A stretch of 64,000 bases of DNA from Dictyobacter sp. (lineage in GTDB: Bacteria > Chloroflexota > Ktedonobacteria > Ktedonobacterales > Ktedonobacteraceae). A model generated the notes under the pieces. It saw nothing but the letters and a program-made list of their open reading frames with translations. It was not told where the DNA came from and searched no databases. Positions within the stretch are counted from its first letter, which is position 1; each line of letters begins with the position of its first letter. Shown here one piece after another: positions 59,227 through 64,000 of the stretch. Where the stretch lies: positions 10,053 to 74,052 of the forward strand of contig DATJIE010000035.1 of the NCBI GenBank assembly GCA_035493535.1, written 5' to 3'. The translations under genes and the position numbers were made by a program.

Positions 59227-59269
59227 ATGTGTGCATACCGGGTTGGTGTGCATACATAGGCTCTTTTTT
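59227..59269 (+). terminator. Terminator hairpin after the second LLM gene
   Basis: 13-bp stem ATGTGTGCATACC / GGTGTGCATACAT (two G-T wobbles), loop GGGTT, then AGGCTCTTTTTT. Confidence 0.5.
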
Positions 59270-59652
59270 CTTATCCTTTGTCCCCTGTTGATACTCTTTC
59301 CCTTTTCTTACTTGCTTGCTTTCCTATTTATTGCCAGTTTTGTATAAATAAAAGAATGCATGGCTGTTTTTTCTTATGGATCATTTTAGCTAAGGGAATA
59401 CCATTCATAATTGCTGTGCTGAAATATTTTTATATACTTATTTCTTGACTTTGTTGCGTAAAATATCGTACGCTGCAATTTGTATGTATATGTTTTTGAA
59501 ATACTATTGAAGAGCATAGACATGCGCATTTGGGTATTTCTCTTTTCCAACACGCGATGGTGAGAAGCGCGTATTTCTTCCTCTTTTCTGTTTCATTGGA
59601 TTTTTGTTTGGATGCCATTTGTTTGCTAGAAGATTATATGGAGTAGTGTTCT

Positions 59653-61989
59653 ATGGCACAAACTGCCGAGCAGATGACAGATTTTACTGCCGTTGGGAAG
59701 CCAACACGCCGTATCGATTCCCTTGATAAATTGACTGGTATGGCTCGTTATGCTGGTGATCTTGTATTTCCTGGTTTGCTTCATGCTCGTCTGGTTCTTA
59801 GCCCATATGCGCATGCACGTATTGTTGAGATTGATACGGCTGCGGCAGAGGCAATTCCAGGTGTGGTGGCAATATACACAAGTGAAACGTTGCGGATGGC
59901 TCAGATGCAGAGTTCATCCCGTATCCAATCTCCGCTTGCTCAGAATGAAGTTTTCTGGTGTGGACATCCGGTTGCGGTCGTGTTGGGGGAGACAGAAGCA
60001 GCGGCAGAAGATGGTGCGCTGGCGGTTGATGTTGATTATGATCCTTTGCCCGTGGTGCTTGATCCGCAACTGGCGTTACAACCTGGATCGCCAGAGGCTC
60101 GTTCTCGTAATCAGGATGAGAATGGTGAGATCGCGGGTGGTGGGGCACATGCGGATGTTGGTGCATCACAGTCTGATGAAGAGGAACAGGAAGAATTGTC
60201 ATCGAATGTCTGTGATTCTTCTCATATGCAGGTTGGTGATATTGAGGCGGGCTGGCGTGAGGCAGCAGTAATTGTTGAACGAACCTATAGGACACATGCA
60301 GTTCATCAATCATATATGGAGCCACAATCCATTACTGTTGTGCCCGCTGCCTCTGGTCGTGAATTGACTGTGTATCCAAGCACACAGGCCATGATGGACG
60401 TCCGTTCAGATATTGCGAAGGCTCTGGATATGCCTGCACGTACCATTCATGTGGAGTCATTGCCGATTGGTGGCGCTTTTGGTGGTAAATTTGGTTTATC
60501 CGAACCGTTAGCCGCCGCAGTTGCTCATGCTGTGCGGAAGCCGGTGCGTCTGGTTTATACACGTCAGGAGGATTTACTGGCTGGTAATCCTGCGCCTCAG
60601 ACGGTCATTACTGTAAAGTTAGGGGCCAGACGTGATGGCACTCTTGTCGCGTTGCAGGGCAAGGTGATTTTTGATTCAGGGGCTTACCCTGGCGCGGGAG
60701 CACGTCTGGGTGGATTTATCCTGAACTGTTCATATCGTTGTCCAAATGTGGATATTCGTACTTATGAGGTCATCACGAATAAAGCCGGGGTGGGCGCGTA
60801 TCGAGCGCCGGGAGCACCACAGATAACGTTTGCGTTGGAATCAACGGTTGATGAATTATGTCGACAGTTACCAATAGATCCTGTCGCTTTTCGGATGCTC
60901 AATGGTTTAAGTGAGGGCGACCCGACCCATGATCCCCGGCGACCGCAGTTTCCGCCCATTGGCCTGTTAGAATGTCTGGCACAGGTAGAGCAACATCCAC
61001 TATGGAAAGAGCGTGCTCAAAAGCAGGTCGAAGAGGCAGAGTTGGCTGGATGGAAGCTTGGCACAGGTATTGCTGTGGGAGGTTGGCCCGGTGGCACAGA
61101 GCCTGCGGCAGCGGCATGCCGTCTGGAGACGGATGGTACTGTTTCTGTCGTGTTGGGTACTGTTGATCTGACCGGTTCTGACACCTCAATGGCTATGATT
61201 GCCGCTGAAGCATTAGGAACGCCAGTATCAGAGATCAATATTGCGCATGATAATACCGATACCATGCCTTATAGTGGTGGGACAGGTGGCAGCAAAACGA
61301 TTTATACGATGGGGCCAGCCGTTGTTGCGGCGGCGCAGGATGCTCGTAAGCAAATTTTGACGATTGCCAGTGAGATGATCGAAGCCTCCGTTGATGATCT
61401 GGAAATCAAAGACGGTGAGGTTGTGGTCAGAGGCGTGCCGGGCAAGAGCATTTCATTTAAGCAAATAGCGGCGGCCTCAATGCACTTCGGTGGACGTTAT
61501 GAGCCGGTCTATGGTCGTGGTCGTGCCGCAGTGAGCGTGAGTTCTCCGATGTATGCGGCGCATCTGGCAAAGATTGCGGTTGATCCTGAGACAGGGAGTG
61601 TTCGTGTGCTTGCTTACGTTGCGGCGCAGGATGTTGGTCGTGCGATTAATCCTTCGGCTGTATTGGGTCAGATACATGGTGGCGTGGCTCAGGGCCTGGG
61701 TTGGGCATTGTATGAAGGTCTGGAATATGATGAGCTGGGCCAGTTGCTTACATCGACATTGATGGATTATGCATTGCCCCATAGTGAGGACGTGCCAACG
61801 ATTACCCCTATTCTGATCGAGAAGCCTTCTGGTATCGGACCTTTTGGCGCGAAGGGTGTTGGGGAACCGCCGGTTATCCCCGTCGGTGCTGCGGTCGCGA
61901 ATGCCATTTATGACGCTGTTGGTGTACGCATGGAGGATCTTCCGATGACGCCAGAGCGTGTGTTTAAAGCCTTGCAAGCTGACAAATAA
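59653..61989 (+). CDS. Xanthine dehydrogenase / aldehyde oxidase / CO dehydrogenase family molybdopterin-binding (large) subunit
   Basis: N-terminal VGKPTRRIDSLDKLTGMARYAGD, Mo-cofactor loop IGGAFGGKFG and catalytic Glu loop AKGVGEPPVIPVGAAVANAI. Confidence 0.9.
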   Translation: MAQTAEQMTDFTAVGKPTRRIDSLDKLTGMARYAGDLVFPGLLHARLVLSPYAHARIVEIDTAAAEAIPGVVAIYTSETLRMAQMQSSSRIQSPLAQNEVFWCGHPVAVVLGETEAAAEDGALAVDVDYDPLPVVLDPQLALQPGSPEARSRNQDENGEIAGGGAHADVGASQSDEEEQEELSSNVCDSSHMQVGDIEAGWREAAVIVERTYRTHAVHQSYMEPQSITVVPAASGRELTVYPSTQAMMDVRSDIAKALDMPARTIHVESLPIGGAFGGKFGLSEPLAAAVAHAVRKPVRLVYTRQEDLLAGNPAPQTVITVKLGARRDGTLVALQGKVIFDSGAYPGAGARLGGFILNCSYRCPNVDIRTYEVITNKAGVGAYRAPGAPQITFALESTVDELCRQLPIDPVAFRMLNGLSEGDPTHDPRRPQFPPIGLLECLAQVEQHPLWKERAQKQVEEAELAGWKLGTGIAVGGWPGGTEPAAAACRLETDGTVSVVLGTVDLTGSDTSMAMIAAEALGTPVSEINIAHDNTDTMPYSGGTGGSKTIYTMGPAVVAAAQDARKQILTIASEMIEASVDDLEIKDGEVVVRGVPGKSISFKQIAAASMHFGGRYEPVYGRGRAAVSVSSPMYAAHLAKIAVDPETGSVRVLAYVAAQDVGRAINPSAVLGQIHGGVAQGLGWALYEGLEYDELGQLLTSTLMDYALPHSEDVPTITPILIEKPSGIGPFGAKGVGEPPVIPVGAAVANAIYDAVGVRMEDLPMTPERVFKALQADK

Positions 61990-62000
61990 GCAGGAAGGGA

Positions 62001-62047
62001 AGAGTGGAAAAGCAGAGTTATTTCTGCTTTTCCACTCTTTATTATTT
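62001..62047 (+). terminator. Rho-independent terminator after the XDH-family gene
   Basis: 16-bp perfect stem AGAGTGGAAAAGCAGA / TCTGCTTTTCCACTCT, 6-nt loop, then TTATTATTT. Confidence 0.8.
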
Positions 62048-62226
62048 GCTGGTTGGTCCTATATGCTATACTCAAGGTAACGTCTCTTTCAATAGTAAAT
62101 AATTTCTTCCGACATTTACCTCAACGGGAGTCGAATGTAACAGCGGTTGCATATACAAGGATATGTACTTCTTTTTCATGATCTTGCATATGCTAAAGTA
62201 TGTTAGTTTAGCTTAGAGGTGTTTCT

Positions 62227-63303
62227 ATGCAAACGCATTCAGACTTTCCAGAAGAGCGACATGAGATGGCTGGACAGATAATTCCTCCCACTCCCCAGAC
62301 AACGACGGATGTAACGCCCCCGGTAGGAGAAACACCACCGCAAATACTGGCTCAGCAAGCCGCTGAGGGACATCGAGGTGCGGCATGGCGTCTCATGTTA
62401 TGGATTTTACAAAATGATCCACGGGCGATGGTAGCGGTTTCCTCCCTGGAGGATGATCGGCTCGCTGCGCACCTGCTTGAATTCATCGCAATGGGCACCT
62501 GGGCGGGAAAACCTTTTGTTGTGCCATTACCGCTACGTTCACCCTTTGCGCGTACCCGTTTGCGTACACTGTTCATGCCCGGTGCCGGTATGGGAACAGT
62601 CAGGATCATGCATGTATTGGTGCCAGCAATTCATGATCCTCGACCAGCTATGCGTGCGAATGCTATCCATATCCTTGGTCTGATGGGTCGCCCCTCTGAA
62701 GCTTCATTAGTTGTTCCAGCCCTAAAAGACCCTGATGCTTCCGTGCGCATGCAGGCGGTAAAAGCATTGGGGCGGCTTGGTAATCCCGATGTAGTGCCAG
62801 ATCTGATCAACGCATTACGAACAGCGGATGAGGAAATGGGAAGCCAGGTTTTTCTTTCTCTAGTACAGCTTGGGAGTGCCGCAGTGCCATTTTTGCTTGA
62901 AGCTAGCCATTCACCAGTGGCCTGGATACGCTGGCATTGTTACCGTGCTTTAGGTGGCATTCTGGATGATCGTGCGATCCCGGTGCTGGTGCGAGGACTG
63001 GCAGATTTAGATCATGGTGTGGCCTGGATGGCTGCCCGACAACTGGTGCAATTTGGTAAAAGTTGTCTGGGGCCAACGTTGCATTTTCTTATCGTGCAAG
63101 AGTTAACCCCTTGGTTAGCAGAAACTGCCTCATATGTGTTACATATGTTTTATAACCGTGCCAGAGAGTATGAGCCATACCTGAAGCCTGTGGTTCAGAG
63201 TATGCATGAGGTCGCGGCGCAGATCGGGACACCAGTGGCAGCCAGAAAGGCGCTGGATCGCCTGGAAGCAGATGGCATCATTCCAAAGCGTGTCTATGCA
63301 TAA
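62227..63303 (+). CDS. HEAT-repeat (PBS-lyase HEAT-like) protein
   Basis: Repeats of the D-x-VR-x-A-x-x-ALG type: DPRPAMRANAIHILGLMG, DPDASVRMQAVKALGRLG, SPVAWIRWHCYRALGGI. Confidence 0.8.
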   Translation: MQTHSDFPEERHEMAGQIIPPTPQTTTDVTPPVGETPPQILAQQAAEGHRGAAWRLMLWILQNDPRAMVAVSSLEDDRLAAHLLEFIAMGTWAGKPFVVPLPLRSPFARTRLRTLFMPGAGMGTVRIMHVLVPAIHDPRPAMRANAIHILGLMGRPSEASLVVPALKDPDASVRMQAVKALGRLGNPDVVPDLINALRTADEEMGSQVFLSLVQLGSAAVPFLLEASHSPVAWIRWHCYRALGGILDDRAIPVLVRGLADLDHGVAWMAARQLVQFGKSCLGPTLHFLIVQELTPWLAETASYVLHMFYNRAREYEPYLKPVVQSMHEVAAQIGTPVAARKALDRLEADGIIPKRVYA

Positions 63304-63565
63304 CTATTGCGCAGGGCTGAAAGCAAGATGACTGCTATTGACCAGCAGAAAAGATCAACTGGCAATAGCAGCATTTTCTTTGCTGTGTTATGGAAAATCT
63401 GCTTTATTTGATATAATTTGAATATTGATGAGAAGAATATACGGATAGAAAACCAATTTCGTGCGCGTCGGAATAATCAAACCACCGATACTGTTATAGA
63501 TTGTGTCGTCGATTCTCTGTCGATGAAGGGCCAATGAGTAACCTCCACGTATAGCTCTGTTTTCC

Positions 63566-63595
63566 TTGACAAGCGAAAAATAGACATGGTACTCT
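63566..63595 (+). promoter_or_regulatory. Promoter candidate for the rhodanese gene
   Basis: TTGACA - 18 nt - TACTCT with an upstream TG (extended -10), 58 nt before ATG 63653. Confidence 0.4.
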
Positions 63596-63652
63596 TTGGT
63601 TAGCTAGTTCGAAACAAAATTGATTAACATAGTCAACATTGAGGTGATGAAC

Positions 63653-64000
63653 ATGGGTGAGGCTTTCCGCGAGATCATGAAGAGAGCACGTCAGAGTGTT
63701 CCTGAGTGGTCTGCAACGCAAGTGAATGATGCCTTAACTCAGCGCGAACAGAAGCAGGATGATTTCGTCCTGGTCGATGTACGTGAGAAAAATGAGTGGA
63801 ATGAAGGACACATTCCCGGAGCTGTGCATGTTCCGCGTGGATTCCTTGAGACGCAGATCGAAGAGGTTATCCCCGACAAAGCTAAGAAGGTCGTTCTGTA
63901 CTGTGCTGGTGGCGTTCGCTCACTCATGGCCGGAAATACCTTGCAGCAAATGGGATTTACAGATGTGGTTTCGTTGACCGGAGGATATGGGCAGTGGAAG
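63653..64000 (+). CDS. Rhodanese-domain sulfurtransferase, 3' end beyond the window
   Basis: Hand translation of frame 2 from ATG 63653 (GAGGTGA SD) gives MGEAFREIMKRARQSVPEWSATQVNDAL...FVLVDVREKNEWNEGHIPGAVHVPRG...VVLYCAGGVRS. The active-site loop is CAGGVRS. The ORF is open to nt 64000 and absent from the ORF track because it has no stop. Confidence 0.85.
   Translation, partial: MGEAFREIMKRARQSVPEWSATQVNDALTQREQKQDDFVLVDVREKNEWNEGHIPGAVHVPRGFLETQIEEVIPDKAKKVVLYCAGGVRSLMAGNTLQQMGFTDVVSLTGGYGQWK

Noticed and set aside
59197-59652. A Moco riboswitch upstream of the molybdoenzyme gene.
   Set aside because: The region is AT-rich with only a 5-bp ACGCG/CGCGT hairpin. Nothing resembles the ~130-nt multi-stem Moco RNA motif. 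An Rfam scan would settle it.
59750-60325. Long overlapping ORFs (173 aa on the plus strand, 175 aa on the minus strand) inside the XDH-family gene; also 61477-61977 on the minus strand (166 aa).
   Set aside because: They are embedded in a CDS whose own frame has unmistakable family motifs. Their translations are low-complexity (R/L/H/P-rich) with no motifs. Long alternative-frame ORFs are expected by chance in this codon composition.
1-64000. CRISPR arrays, transposons/IS elements, prophage, toxin-antitoxin pairs, retron/DGR reverse transcriptases.
   Set aside because: I noticed no regularly spaced direct repeats, and none of the translated ORFs shows transposase, integrase, Cas, RT or typical TA motifs. 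This is a visual scan only; short dispersed repeats could have been missed.

Overview
This is a densely coding 64-kb chromosomal window of moderate GC content. I call about 43 CDS and one tRNA-His. All calls come from reading motifs by eye; no search or computation was run.

I recognised no rRNA, CRISPR array, transposase, integrase, phage or plasmid genes.

Gene content:
- Central metabolism: sucCD, PPi-dependent pfp, deoB, a phosphohexomutase, cysE, GH57, ndh and amt.
- Envelope and information processing: murE-mraY, ftsH, obg, tex and a primary-like sigma factor.
- Signalling is unusually dense: two Hanks-type Ser/Thr kinases, a PP2C phosphatase, a GAF-PAS adenylate cyclase, a polytopic histidine kinase with a LuxR-type regulator, and an ECF sigma factor with an RsrA-like anti-sigma factor.

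The kinase load, a CHAT/NB-ARC/TPR giant protein, LLM (possibly F420-dependent) oxidoreductases, DUF2419, GH57 and several TTG/GTG starts suggest a filamentous Chloroflexota (Ktedonobacteria-like) genome. That is inference only.

Most system-like candidates, in order:
1. A solitary 1298-aa CHAT protease / NB-ARC ATPase / TPR protein (7721-11617). It has a four-Cys zinc-ribbon-like insert between the catalytic His and Cys.
2. An MraY homolog about twice the canonical length (13266-15302). It has an extra TM helix and a roughly 250-aa C-terminal extension.
3. A stand-alone molybdopterin-binding XDH-family subunit followed by a HEAT-repeat protein and a rhodanese.
4. A kinase / HEAT-repeat / CcdA gene string.
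5. A divergently arranged sigma / RsrA-like pair.

Nothing here is a clear multi-gene novel system, so all interest scores are moderate. Several ORF-track N-termini were shortened to in-frame ATGs that have Shine-Dalgarno support. A 3'-open rhodanese ORF at the window end, missing from the ORF track, was added.
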